NCBI GenBank assembly: GCA_013239625.1
Contig: MU053881.1
Location: 15,306,373 to 15,370,372 of the forward strand
DNA length: 64,000 nt
Source: Lama guanicoe
Taxonomy: Eukaryota
Reading direction: 5' to 3'
Below, piece after piece: positions 63,916 to 64,000 of this stretch (positions are counted from its first letter, which is position 1; every line of letters starts with the position of its first letter). The notes beneath the pieces are model-generated. The model was not told the DNA's origin and made no database searches. It saw only the letters and a list, made by a program, of their open reading frames with translations. The position numbers and the translations under genes were made by a program.

Positions 63916-64000
63916 GTGTTACAGCCCCAGAGGCCACGAACTCAACTCATGAACCTCTGATTTCCTCCTCCAGCCACAGCTCCTCCAGTTTAGTGACAAC
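63916..64000 (+). CDS. CIST1: Exon 2 (partial) of the same gene, Ser/Thr-rich mucin-like ectodomain
   Basis: Acceptor tcttctttccag, phase-1 compatible with exon 1; reads (G)VTAPEATNSTHEPLISSSSHSSSSLVT, open to the window end, with an N-S-T sequon. Confidence 0.65.

Overview
Mammalian genomic DNA, probably camelid, judged from its tRNA-Ala-derived SINEs (inference). The gene order matches the human 19p13.11 block as I recall it: LSM4 (5 coding exons, 139 aa, +), JUND (intronless, 346 aa, +), IQCN/KIAA1683 (+), and the first two coding exons of a signal-peptide, Ser/Thr-rich gene that is probably CIST1 (+, runs off the window end). The first ~13.5 kb is a repeat-rich spacer of L1, LTR, SINE and Tigger pieces. 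Three things stand out. (1) IQCN lies in one uninterrupted 3659-codon ORF: a 6354-nt GT..AG segment where I recall the last human intron has no stop codon and no transposons, so it may be a giant exitron or retained coding intron. The protein is built largely from several families of 13-aa (39-bp) repeats. (2) The human-type MTLQG start of IQCN here gives an out-of-frame overlapping uORF. (3) A SINE at 5.6-6.2 kb carries a multi-step templated insertion with microhomologies, whose donor sequences can all be found within ~2 kb. Comparisons to human sequences are from memory and need database confirmation.
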